From Azolla caroliniana (taxonomy: Eukaryota; Plantae; Polypodiophyta), in NCBI GenBank assembly GCA_043228905.1, contig JBHGNT010000231.1:1-47600 (forward strand): a stretch of 47,600 nt of DNA, in the 5' to 3' direction. A program made the position numbers and the translations under genes. Positions 31,893 through 43,213 of the stretch are shown piece by piece (within the stretch, counting starts at the first letter, position 1; each line of letters begins with the position of its first letter). The notes under the pieces are model-generated. The model did no database searches and had not been told where the DNA came from. It saw nothing but the letters and a program-made list of their open reading frames with translations.

Positions 31893-32028
31893 ATCTGATG
31901 ATGATACTTTGTGAAAGGCTTGTTTTTCAAAAACATTCGCAGTGGCCGCCTAAGAGCTTTCGCTTTTCTTTGTGAAAGAGCTTGAGAGCTAATGCTGCTT
32001 TCACACCCTTCCTTGGATATCTGAAGAT
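31893..32028 (+). ncRNA. U14: U14 box C/D snoRNA, copy 4
   Basis: Same elements as copy 1, with TGTTTTTCAA instead of TGTTTCTCAA. Confidence 0.93.
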
Positions 32029-32292
32029 CGTCCTTTAATTTCCCTGATATTTCGTTTCTTCATCTGCCTTAGTTTATACCTCTAGAAGTAATAGTGGTAA
32101 TGGAGATGTAATTGTCGTATGTCCTATAAATCCTGTCTGAAAAGGCTCCTTTGATAAGATTTACTCACATCTTAACGTCAAATATATCTTCTTGGTGCTC
32201 AATTTCGATTATGAAAGAGCTCTGAAACCTAATCTCAGGTATTTTTTCGCAATCCATACCTCTCCGTTCATTCTTTGAACAACGCTGTTTTA

Positions 32293-32428
32293 ATCTGATG
32301 ATGATACTTTGTGAAAGGCTTGTTTCTCAAAAACATTCGCAGTGGCCGCCTAAGAGCTTTCGCTTTTCTTTGTGAAAGAGCTTGAGAGCTAATGCTGCTT
32401 TCACACCCTTCCTTGGATATCTGAAGAT
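32293..32428 (+). ncRNA. U14: U14 box C/D snoRNA, copy 5
   Basis: Same elements as copy 1. Confidence 0.93.
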
Positions 32429-32747
32429 CCTCCATCAATTTGCCTGATATTTCGTTTCTTCGTCTGCATTAATTGAGTGGAGACACGTTGTCGTAGTATA
32501 ATGTCTTCTATATAAAGCCTGATCGTTGCATGTTTTCGGAAAGACAAATTAAATGCTGAAGCGTAGATGGAAAATTAATACCAAGCTAACACAATTCATC
32601 GGTGTTCAGCTTTTGCTTATCAATTCTTATTGATCTGACTCGGCGAAAAGAGGAAATTGCGAAAGTGCCATAAAATTGTTCTAATGAAAAGGTGTTCGTA
32701 GGATATCATAGATATGTTCTATTGTTAATATTGAAATAATGACTTAT

Positions 32748-32883
32748 ATCCTAATGATGATGCCTTGTGAGGCTTGTTTCTCAAAAACATTTGGAGTGGC
32801 TGCCCAAGAGCTTTCGCTAATCTTTCTATGAATAAGCTTAGAGAACTAATGCTACTCACACACTTCCTTGGATACCTGAAGAT
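32748..32883 (+). ncRNA. U14: Diverged U14 copy 6 (possible pseudogene or methylation-only guide)
   Basis: Box C at 32754-32760, box D at 32876-32879 and CTTCCTTGGAT are retained. Domain A is mutated to CATTTGGAGT. Confidence 0.75.
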
Positions 32884-32992
32884 CTGGCCATGATTTTCTG
32901 CATTCGGTGATGCTCCTATAGCTTATTGTTGTAACAATTTTCTTGATGCAAGGTATTCTTGCGAAAATAATTTGTTGTATGGTAGATATAAC

Positions 32993-33121
32993 GTGATGAT
33001 GATATTTGTGAAAGGCTTGTTTCTCAAAAACAGTCGCAGTGGCCGCCTAAGAGATTTCGCTCTCTTCTTAAGATGGCTTGAGAGCTAATGCTGCTTACAC
33101 ACCTTCCTTGGAAATCTGAAG
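32993..33121 (+). ncRNA. U14: Diverged U14 copy 7
   Basis: GTGATGATGA, domain A CAGTCGCAGT (1 mismatch), domain B CCTTCCTTGGAAAT, box D CTGA at 33116-33119. Confidence 0.8.
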
Positions 33122-33578
33122 CTTCGCAATGGTGAACGTGGTTCACTTCTTGAAGATTGCATTTTAATGTCAAGTTGTGATTCTAAATAGGAGTGTCGTA
33201 TGGTTTCTTTTGTTGCTGTGGATTTAATGCAACAATGACAATGCACAAATCTGGTTAATCGAGAAGCGTTCAGTTTTTTTCACTGATTCTAAATAGAATT
33301 CTCAGATAGTTTCTTCTATAGCTGTTTATCTTATCCTGCAATGACAATCTGAAGCTTTGCAATGGTGAACGTGGTTCACTTCTTGAGGATTGCATTTTAA
33401 TGTCTATTTGTGATTCTAAAGAGGAATGTCATATGGTTTCTTATGTTGCTGTGGATATAATGCAACAATGACAATGCACAAATCTGGTTAATCAAGAAAC
33501 ATTCAGTTTCTTTACTGATTCTAAATAGAATTCTCAGATAGTTTCTTCTATAGCTGTTTATTTAATCCTGCAATGACA
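33113..33578. repeat. Two-copy tandem duplication with a period of 233 bp
   Basis: AATCTGAAGCTT(C/T)GCAATGGTGAACGTGGTTCAC occurs at 33113 and 33346, with similarity over the whole unit. Confidence 0.9.
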
Positions 33579-34988
33579 AAATGTACAAATGTGGTTACTC
33601 CAAAAGCATTCAGTTGTTTTCACTGTCTGTATTACAATTGCCAACAGAGTTTTTTTTAAGATGCGACTGTCTGTATTACAATTACCAACAGAGTCTGGTA
33701 ACTCCGTTAAACTTTCAGTGGATTTTATTGCTTGTATTACAAGTGCAGTCCAAAGTTTTTCTGCATGTTAATGTGCAAGCATAACAGTGTCCAATGTTTT
33801 ATTGAGTTTGTATAGGAACAAAACACAATTTATGCAGATAAAACTCAAATTCACATCCCAGAAAAATTTCAAAACAAATGATGAGTCCAAAAGAACCATA
33901 CCACGTTTACAAAATAGATAGTTATGCAGGAACACTGAAACAATGCATTTTTATCTCTTTGTTGACTGGTGATTGTTGTAGAGGAGATGAGATGAATTAA
34001 GTAGGGAAATGATAGATGAATTAAGTGGTAATATTTTGCATCTGGTGGAGTAGCCTGGTTAATTTCGGGAAGGTAGACAACATCTGTAACTTTTGATATA
34101 ATTGGATTGCAGTATTTATTGGATTTGCCAATAGTGAATTGATTTGGATGGTTATGGTTAATCTGGACTTTAGAGTTTTGCAATGTTGCTAGGAAATCTC
34201 TGTCAAGATGGGAGGCACAATGGCTAAAATGATAATTCAGTGTTCATGTCTTAAGTAGAATGAAGATTATCTTCAATCAATCTGGGTTTTATGGAATGAT
34301 AGCCATGGTTCCATCGAGATATGAAGAGCGTCTTCACTTTTGCTCCCCAAGGTGGGCTGAGGAAGTATGTTGTAAAGTTAAGAAGAGGGCTCAATGTTAG
34401 AGAAGGTTAAGATATCATATTGGCATTGTTAGAGAAGAGGACTCAATGTTGTTAAGAAGGTTAAGATATCATATTCACAAGTATGATTTGAGATTGGTGT
34501 TTAGGTTAGAGAACAACATGCATTATTGATAGTAAACCGATAGAGAACCTAACACGTAATGTGGCATTGTAAACATTTGAAGTAGGAAATGTTTCTTTGT
34601 CAATGTTTAAGCGTCTTGCACTCTTCTTTTGATCATTTATTTAATCATAAGGTAATAGCCTACTTTTTGAAGTGATGGTGTGGTAATAATACCATGTATG
34701 ACAAATGTAGTGATAACATTTCAATTCCCCTAGTGCTAACTAATGTACTTTCTTTGGTCATCTTTCAACAATGGGAGGAGTGTTTGGATATAGTAATTGG
34801 TCTTTTCCAGTTGGACTTCAATTAAGGGATTAGGGCGGAGTTGGAAACCTTGACAAATTACATGCTTCTAAGTTTTGCTCATGTCTTTGTTTGAACCCCT
34901 CCTACGACTTGAGCTATCTAGAAGCAAATTTTGCTAATCTTTTTGTTACTTGCCTAGCCAACCAACCAATGTTTCATTTGCCCACTCC

Positions 34989-35584
34989 TAGCAATGTGCC
35001 CGGTTTGGTTTTGGTTCGGTTCGGTTTATTGGCCTTGAAACCAAACCAAACCATTATTTATAATAAAAACCAAATCAAACCGGTTTATCATAAATCAAAA
35101 CCAAACCAAATCATTTTTTTGTGTTATTGATTATCATACATATTATGAATCTATTTGAGAAAATCATCATAAATTTGGTCAATACTTATCGTGAATTTAG
35201 TTATGACAGTTATTATAAATTTGGTCATCATACCTATTATAAATTTAATCTAATCATTATACATATAATTTTGGTCATCATACTTATCATAAATTTGATA
35301 ATCATACATCAAAAGGACACTCTACTTATAATGTATATAAAATTTAATAAGTTAGAGCCTAGAGGATTAAAGTTTAAAGTTTAAAGTTGGCCTAAAGGTG
35401 AAAATTTAAGAATATTTTTTAACCTATAAACATTTAAACCAAAACTGTTAAACCATGAAATTCAAAACTAAACCAGATCATAACATTTGAAACCAAACCA
35501 AACGGTTTATTTATTTTTGAACCAATAAACCATTAAGCCATGGTTTAACGGTTCGGGTTTGAGCCGAAACCAGGGCCATTGCTA
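34989..35584. mobile_element. MITE-like non-autonomous DNA transposon (hAT-like)
   Basis: Termini TAGCAATG...CATTGCTA, AAACC/GGTTT subterminal repeats at both ends, very AT-rich interior. No clear TSD (CCCACTCC vs CCTATTAG). Confidence 0.65.
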
Positions 35585-36459
35585 CCTATTAGTTTGATTT
35601 ATACTGAATGGACGACAAACAAAAAAGATAAAGGGAATTTGAGATTGCAAGTTGCTACTCGTTGGCATGAAGTCGGAATTACTAGTAATCGTTGGTTAGC
35701 CATGTGGCTGTGAATCGAAACCATGCATTGAATTGACCTTGTCAATCAATTATGTTAATTGGTCAGCCACGTGGCTTCATTGCACCTCTAAGTAGTCAAA
35801 TTGGCACCAATCTTGGTGCAGTCAAGTGGATGATGGCTTGCATGACTTGACCTTAAGTGGAAGTCTCCATGTACAATGAGAATGTACGTGGCTTCATCAT
35901 AAACAATCCATGCCTTGTTACACAACTTGCCTAGATTGTACTCGAGAAACCCAAAACACAAAGTACCTTGAACAACCTACCTTGACAACCCGAAGACAAC
36001 ACAATACCATTAAACATTGACATGCAAAGAATGCAAAACTTCCAAGCTATTGCTAAGCAATCACCTTAGTTGTAGCCTTGACATGGAAAGAATGCAAAAC
36101 TTGTATTTGAATGTCATTTGTTTTCCATATGCAACTCTTTACTTGAAATTACATAAAGAAATTCTCACGTGATAATGAGAAATTTCGTACATGGATAGTC
36201 AATCCTATTATCAAGGCATCATATATTTTAAGGTGTTGTGATTTAAGCATCATGCATAAAAGGTTGGGTAAACACATGTTGACATAGATTAATGCTATAT
36301 TCAAACACCAATTAACCACAATTACAATTTAGGGTGTGATATAAGGTTAATTTGATATAATGTTGGTTCATTTGATCCTAAGCGATTAGATACATGAACA
36401 ATGTAGTGGTTCCCTTCTATACAATTTGTTATTAACCCATACCTTCGAAACGCATCAAG

Positions 36460-36626
36460 CATCGTCCATGACTGTGATTCCCTCACTAGGCCTCTTATGA
36501 TTTGGTAGCAGATAGACACATTGGTAATGAGATGATGGATAGAAAAATATACATATGTACGTGACGTGTCTATTTGCACCAAAATCATAAATGAGCCTAG
36601 TGAGGGAATTGTGGCCGCGGATGGTG
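36460..36626. repeat. Imperfect inverted repeat (about 60-bp arms, 46-bp loop)
   Basis: ATTCCCTCACTAGGC..TTATGATTTGGT..ATAGACAC pairs with GTGTCTAT..ACCAAAATCATAA..GCCTAGTGAGGGAAT. Confidence 0.85.
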
Positions 36627-38673
36627 TAGGTTGCTCAAGTGAGGGCGTGTGCGATCTACACCATCCAATGTGGATAAAAAAAACACGCCAAATAAAAAAG
36701 CTCTTAGTAATCGCCCAACTTTGACACCCTTAGTCAACCAACTACTTGTGAATTACCCAACTATCATCAGCTCAATCGCCCAACCAAGTGTGGTCACTTG
36801 GCCAAATGTGGTCGTCTAAATGGTACTCAACGTTGTATAAAACCTTGGAATTTGTGGAGGGAAAACAAAACCAGCCAACCAACCATCAACATGCTTTTGG
36901 AGCATCTTCATTGTCACTTGCTTACTTCACATGTTTGCATGTGCTTGCAGAAAAAAACAATTTTGGTGCTAACTTTTGTAAGGTTTAGGTTTTATGGTTG
37001 CAATATCCATTTAGCTTTGATCGTCTAAAATATTTGAATTAAGTATTGCACTACATAAAATGGAAATGAAGAAACTTGAAATCAAGGAACTGTCATTAGC
37101 CAACAATCATTAGCAAACAAATAACTTGAAAACCTTTCTCTTTAGTGGAGGCCCTCCTTTGGACAAAGATTATACGAACATAGATAGGATGGATGCCAAA
37201 CAATAGATTAACACACACTCAATGTATAAGTTGTTACAACCATCTTCGTAGTTTCAAGAATATGTATGTATGAGGTGTTCCACTAAAATTTATTTATTAT
37301 TATTGTTTTTGCTTGATTTTATATATGGCTGCCAGGTCCAAGTACGAAGACTGGTTTGATTGTGATAAGGGTGACATATATGTTAGTGAGGGGAGGTATG
37401 TCACGAATAATTTTCGATCCCGATTGGTTAGGAATAATGATATATGTACTTCATTGTATTCCACCTAAAGTTATGTAAATATGCCCAACAATTCTAATGT
37501 ATAATCGCAACGATAGATCGTGAGCTCCCAAACTCATTGTATAGGTGTGGGCGAGATTCCTGAGGAAAGTATCAGTCATGTATCGTGCTTGAGTCTTGCC
37601 AACGAGAGCAAAGATGGTATTGAAATAAATCAAATATGGAGGCAGACTTGTGAAAGACACATGACATTGATATAGTGCTACCATGAGGGATGAGGATAGA
37701 GGAGGAGGGTACTCCGGGGGCGTGCTTCAACAACTATGAGTGCCAAAGGTTGCTAAATCATTTCATAGACCTCAAGATAAAGTACCAAAGAAATCGACAA
37801 TCAAACATTTGAAAGTTGAAGATAAAGGTCGTGTCGTAGTTCCACTTCACTTCAATTGACCTTCGACACGGCACCGAGGCAATTTTCGTGGCTAGATTTA
37901 TTGATCAAGAGATGGCCACCCACAACTCAAAAAATGAAGAATGGATGGAGATGTTGAAGAATAAGATTGAAGCTGAATTGGATTCTTATGTAAGTATAAA
38001 CCTTTGATGCTTTTTTAGTACGTGACATAAATCTTTTTGTTTTGTAAATAAGATGTGTCTATTTGGATGTATTGTAGTGTAAAAATGTTGGTGTGTCAAC
38101 CGATACATACACATCCCATCCTGCATCTAACGAAACACCACCATCGACACCTAGATGAAGACAACCCAAAATTCAAGCTAGACGGAAAGAGGTGGAGCCG
38201 GTGACAATTGTGGTTCAATTAACATCAAATTAAGAGGATGTAGCACCGGGTGTGGCCACAATCAATATCGGGTACATGAAGATCATCAACTCATGGATCC
38301 TGACACTGGAAAAAATAGTTTGTCAAGTGGCTCAATTCAAATTGCATTTCTTCTTTGAAATAGGTACCAGCTTGCATGCGGAAGGCTCGATCTCGTCGTT
38401 GACATGGGGGAGTCAGATCTTCAGGTGATGTGCAAGGCGAGAGAAATGGCATTAGCATGGACCATGACATTTATTTATCATGTGGATGGAGTACTCGCTG
38501 TCGAATACAAGTGTATAATGGACGTATTCACACTATCTCTTTGTATAGATCAAGTTTGGGCCATTTGTGTAATTAGCATAAATGGTAGTTGCCCTAAGTC
38601 GGTCAACAAGGTTCGTAGTCAACAAGGTTCGTAGTCAACTCCGAACCGAGCTTCGTCAACCGAAACCAAATTT

Positions 38674-39800
38674 GATGGCATCAACATCCGGCTCGACAGA
38701 AATGAGTCTACGAAAGTTCGATGGATCAAACTTCAACTTCTGGAAAGAGCAAATGCAGGACTATCTCATAGTCAAGGGGCAAATCGATCCCATCGAAAAT
38801 GAAGAACCTCCAGAAGGATACAAACCAATTGAGTGGCAGAAGCTGGACAGAATCGTCCGCGCCACGATTCGGATGCACCTATCGGAATCGGTATACTTTA
38901 CGGTGCAATCGTGTACGACAGCATTCGAACTGTGGAAAACACTGTCGGACACTTACGAAAAGAAGGTCGCCGCAACGAAGATGTTTCTGATCCGGCGCCT
39001 CTACAACTTGCGGATGAAAGAATCCAGCAGTGGTATCAACGCAGAGTACAGAAAGCATAAGCTCCCAAATCTCATCTCAGGGGACGGCAATCGAGGATGA
39101 ACTCAGAGCAATGATACTCATGAGCAGCCTTCCCATCATCATGGGAAACTTTCGTCACAACCGTGTGCAACGCGTCAACCACGACTGTTAAATACTCCGA
39201 AGGTCAACGAGCGCAATCCTGACCGAAGCAGCTCGGAGAAAGTCTTTCGCCAAAGACTCAACAGACGACGCTTACGTAGTACAAGGTTCGACAGACCGAT
39301 CGAACATACGAGGAAGAGATTCCTCACGGCAGCCGAACAATCAGCGAAGTCGGAGCCAGTCACGGATAATCGAATCTTGCAACTATTGCAAGAAACCCGG
39401 ACACTCAAAGCCGACTGCCGCGCACTCAAGAACAAGAACGACAAGTCTCAGAAATCAGACAAGAAGAGTGGCCGGCATGAGGAGATCAATTACGTCAGCT
39501 TCTCAGCTGATGTGCTACCAAACGGACCCGAACATACTATCAATCGAAAATCCAGTCGGATCAGAAGTTCTGCTCACGACTTGAAGAATCGAGCACATGG
39601 CTCTTAGATTCGGGCGCGTCATTTCACGTGACTCCTCATCGATCCCAATTTCGGCAATATACGATCCGTCCACTCCGACTCAGTTCGAGTCGGCAACTCG
39701 CAACACTGTGACATCATTGGAATCGGCACAGTAGAGCTCAACCTTGCAGGTGGCTCTACACTTGTACTTCACAATGTCCGACATGTACCCGAGCTCTCAA
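38674..39800 (+). pseudogene. gag: Copia gag-protease region with multiple apparent frameshifts (possibly sequence errors)
   Basis: KFDGSNFNFWKEQM and LWKTLSDTYE motifs, a C..C....H....C knuckle at about 39378-39420, and WLLDSGASFHV at about 39598. Confidence 0.8.
39026..39049 (+). other. Library adapter sequence (SMART/template-switch primer, also the PacBio ultra-low-input amplification adapter)
   Basis: AGCAGTGGTATCAACGCAGAGTAC is an exact match to the last 24 nt of AAGCAGTGGTATCAACGCAGAGTAC. Confidence 0.95.
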
Positions 39801-39805
39801 GGCCA

Positions 39806-42706
39806 TTGATCTCAGTCGGACAACTAGATGAAGACGGCATTCGTGCCGGTTTTTCTTCGGGAGGGTGGACACTCCACAGGGGGAACCTCCTGCTTGCTAG
39901 AGGACCCAAGATACACTCACTGTATCCGTTACATGTTACGCTCAGAGAGGGTAACCTGTTTTTGGTGGATATACCCGTGTCATCACTATGGCACAGAAGA
40001 TTAGGACACCTCAGCAAGGCCGGCATTACGCACCTATCTAGAGCCGGATACATCCCTAAACTCTCCTTCTCGGACCATCAATTCTGCGAACATTGCCAGT
40101 ATGGCAAACAAGCAGCCGCATCACACCCGACATCAGCACCAAGAGAAACGAGACCTCTCGATTTAGTCCACTCGGACGTCTGTGGCCCAATGCCGCATCA
40201 GTCTCTCGGCGGTGCCTCTTACTTCGTCAGTTTTATTGACGATTCGACTCGAAAGGTGTGGGCTTATCCAATTCGCACCAAAGATCGTGTCTTCTCGATC
40301 TTCTCCGATTGGCTCGCTATGGTAGAAAATCAAACTGACCGAAAACTGAAATGCTTTCGGACCGACAATGGGGGAGAGTTCAAATCAGAAGAATTCGTCA
40401 AATTCTGCCGACAACGCGGCATCCGACGTGAATTTACGGCACCACACAGTCCGGAGCAAAACGGGATTGCAGAACGCATGAATCGGACAATCCAAGAACG
40501 GATAGTTTCCATGCTCCAACACTCCGGACTGTCGGATGGCTTCTGGGCAGAGGCTCTACTCACGGCAGTACACATAATCAATATGTCGCCAAGCAGACCT
40601 CTAGGACTTCAAATTCCTCAGGAACTATGGATCGGCAGTAAGCCGAATTACGACAAGCTGAGGATCTTCGGATGCGAGGCGTACGCCCTTATTCCGAAAG
40701 ATGATCGCCGAAAACTTGCACCTCGGTCCAGGAAATGCATTTTCCTTGGATATGGATCAGACGGCGAAATGGGATACCGACTCTGGGACCCCGAACACAG
40801 ACAAATCGTTCGAAGTTCGGACGTTGTGTTCAACGAGTCGGTTATGAATCCATCAGTCGAAAAACCGATCGAAGTCCGAAGGGTAACATTTTCCGATGTG
40901 CCGACCCTTCAAGAAGGCCCCGCTCTCAACACACGGTCAGCTTCACGGGTAGCTGAACCTTCCACTACCGACTCAGACAACTCTGACTCGGCACAGCAGA
41001 ATAATTCGCTTTCGGACCATCCGACCTCGATACCCGATGCGACCAGTCCAATCATACCTCGACGATCCGAGAGACTGTCGCAACCTCCGGAGAGGTATTC
41101 TCCTGGAATTTTCTTCACCGACGCCGGCAAACCGACGTCTTACGAAGAAGCATCGACATCTGTCGATTCAGCCACCTGGCATCTGGCGATGGAGTCGGAA
41201 ATGCACTCCATTCGGGCAAACAAGACTTGGGATCTGGTCGAATTACCTAAGAATCGACGTGCTCTTCCTTGCAAGTGGGTTTATCGACTAAAAGAGACGT
41301 CTGATTCGACCACCCCAAAGTACAAGGCCAGATTAGTTGCGAAGGGCTTCCGACAAGAATATGGCGTCGACTTCGACGAGATTTTTTCACCAGTGGTGAA
41401 GATGACAACCCTTCGTTTTCTACTCGGCGTAGTGGCAGCCGACAACTTGGAGCTGATTCAGCTAGATGTCAAAACAGCCTTCCTCCATGGTGATCTTGAA
41501 GAGGAAATTTATATGGAGCAGCCAAAAGGCTTCGTGGCAACTGGCCAAGAACATCTAGTCTGCCGACTCAGGAAGAGTCTATACGGCCTCAAACAGGCAC
41601 CGCGACAATGGTACAAGAAGTTCGACGACTTCATCCAATCGATCGGCTTCTCCAAAAGCGATGAGGACCATTGTCTTTTTACCAACACAGCTCAAGATGG
41701 ATCACCCATCTTCCTCATCATTTACGTGGACGACATGCTAATTTCTGGACGCCACGCGGGCGAACTTGCCGATCTCATTCGGCAATTGCGGTTGAAGTTT
41801 GCCATGAAGGACCTCGGTCCGACACGACACATACTTGGAATGAAGATTAGTCGGCATCGCGATAAACGACATCTTTTTTTGTCTCAGACCGACTATATCG
41901 GACGTGTCTTGGAACGCTTCAACATGCAATTAGCCAAATCTGCTTCAACCCCGCTCCCCATGAATCTTCGGCTCTCTCAGCGAGACTGCCCGACATCCGG
42001 TCCGGAGGGGGAAGATATGAAGTCGGTACCGTATGCACCGGCAGTCGGCTCCCTTATGTACTTGATGGTCGCGACACGACCTGATATTTCTCATGCCGTA
42101 GGAGTCGTTAGCAGATTTATGCACAATCCTGGCCGATCGCATTGGAACGCAGTCAAGCATGTGTTCAAATATCTGGCTGGCACAAAAGATCACGGCATTC
42201 TTTTCGGCCCGAACTCAACCTCAGGCGTAGTCGGTTACACCGACTCGGACTTCGCCGGCTGTATAGACAGTCGGAAATCAACAACTGGATACTGCTTCAA
42301 ATTCGGCAATGGAGCAATTTCGTGGAAGTCGAAACTTCAGGAGTGCACAGCGACCTCAACGACCGAAGCAGAATATGTAGCTGCGTCCGACGCTGCAAAA
42401 GAAGCTTTGTGGCTCGGCCGGCTGGCGCACACGTTTCGACAAGTCGACCATGACTCGGCCCCAGTTCTCTACAGCGACAGTCAAGGTGTTGTTGCCTTGT
42501 CGAAAAATCCGGTTCACCACAACGCCTCCAAACATATCGACGTTCGATATCACTTCGTTCGGGACTGCGTCATTTCAGGGAAAATCGGTCTAGAGAAAAT
42601 ATCGACAACCGACAATGTCGCAGATGGAATGACCAAGTGTCTTTCGACAGACCGCTTTCGGTCCCTTCGGCATCAGATGGGCGTAACGACAAATCAGTTC
42701 GGTTAG
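39806..42706 (+). CDS. pol: Copia pol (integrase, RT, RNaseH), 966 aa uninterrupted
   Basis: LWHRRLGH, FRTDNGGEF, LDVKTAFLHG, YVDDML, YTDSDFAG and NVADGMTK motifs. Confidence 0.95.
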   Translation: MISVGQLDEDGIRAGFSSGGWTLHRGNLLLARGPKIHSLYPLHVTLREGNLFLVDIPVSSLWHRRLGHLSKAGITHLSRAGYIPKLSFSDHQFCEHCQYGKQAAASHPTSAPRETRPLDLVHSDVCGPMPHQSLGGASYFVSFIDDSTRKVWAYPIRTKDRVFSIFSDWLAMVENQTDRKLKCFRTDNGGEFKSEEFVKFCRQRGIRREFTAPHSPEQNGIAERMNRTIQERIVSMLQHSGLSDGFWAEALLTAVHIINMSPSRPLGLQIPQELWIGSKPNYDKLRIFGCEAYALIPKDDRRKLAPRSRKCIFLGYGSDGEMGYRLWDPEHRQIVRSSDVVFNESVMNPSVEKPIEVRRVTFSDVPTLQEGPALNTRSASRVAEPSTTDSDNSDSAQQNNSLSDHPTSIPDATSPIIPRRSERLSQPPERYSPGIFFTDAGKPTSYEEASTSVDSATWHLAMESEMHSIRANKTWDLVELPKNRRALPCKWVYRLKETSDSTTPKYKARLVAKGFRQEYGVDFDEIFSPVVKMTTLRFLLGVVAADNLELIQLDVKTAFLHGDLEEEIYMEQPKGFVATGQEHLVCRLRKSLYGLKQAPRQWYKKFDDFIQSIGFSKSDEDHCLFTNTAQDGSPIFLIIYVDDMLISGRHAGELADLIRQLRLKFAMKDLGPTRHILGMKISRHRDKRHLFLSQTDYIGRVLERFNMQLAKSASTPLPMNLRLSQRDCPTSGPEGEDMKSVPYAPAVGSLMYLMVATRPDISHAVGVVSRFMHNPGRSHWNAVKHVFKYLAGTKDHGILFGPNSTSGVVGYTDSDFAGCIDSRKSTTGYCFKFGNGAISWKSKLQECTATSTTEAEYVAASDAAKEALWLGRLAHTFRQVDHDSAPVLYSDSQGVVALSKNPVHHNASKHIDVRYHFVRDCVISGKIGLEKISTTDNVADGMTKCLSTDRFRSLRHQMGVTTNQFG

Positions 42707-43213
42707 AGCCGGACACAGCGCAGGATGGTTTCCGACAACCGACATCAGTTCCTTAATGATCGGCTTCAACTCTTCCGACCCGACCAGTCCGGTCTTCTGC
42801 CTTCGGACCCTGCCGACTCGAACAAAACTGATATGTCCGAGAACCTAGGTTTATACCTGTAATCTTAGATAACCCATGTATACGCCCATTACGGGGGAGT
42901 GTCGAATACAAGTGTATAATGGACGTATTCACACTATCTCTTTGTATAGATCAAGTTTGGGCCATTTGTGTAATTAGCATAAATGGTAGTTGCCCTAAGT
43001 CGGTCACTATATAAAGTGACCTTGTAACCTTTTTGTAAGGTTGGTTGTATTATTGTCTTATGGAATAGAAAGACTCTTTTGTGTGTGTGTGTCTCTCTCT
43101 CTCTCTCTCTGTCTCTGTGCACGATCTTGCAAACTGTCATACGCAGGTACTCAACTCCAATCGAATGCTATTTGATCTTCCGCATCGACACGGCCTTTGT
43201 CTCCAACACTCGC

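Larger units (their letters stand above)
30534..32470 (+). repeat. Tandem array of about 4.8 units with a period of exactly 400 bp, each containing a U14 snoRNA
   Basis: TAATCTGATGATGATAC recurs at 30691, 31091, 31491, 31891 and 32291. Confidence 0.97.
38499..43208 (+). mobile_element. Young Ty1/Copia LTR retrotransposon with a truncated 5' LTR
   Basis: 5-bp TSD CTCGC at 38494-38498 and 43209-43213. 3' LTR at 42900-43208 after the PPT ACGGGGGAG. The 5' LTR remnant 38499-38605 is identical to the start of the 3' LTR. gag starts at about 38674. Confidence 0.93.

Noticed and set aside
30534-32470. Regularly spaced repeats resembling a CRISPR array or satellite
   Set aside because: The whole 400-bp unit is repeated, with no unique spacers or cas genes, and each unit contains a recognisable U14 snoRNA in a eukaryotic context.
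34378-34475. Short duplication AAGAGG(G/A)CTCAATGTT..AGAAGGTTAAGATATCATATT
   Set aside because: A local two-copy duplication in intergenic DNA with no supporting structure.
37335-38400. Possible exons of a transposon-associated gene (GT/AG-bounded, purine-rich)
   Set aside because: It is too degenerate for me to assign a frame or domain by eye, so it is covered only as part of the inferred decayed DNA transposon.
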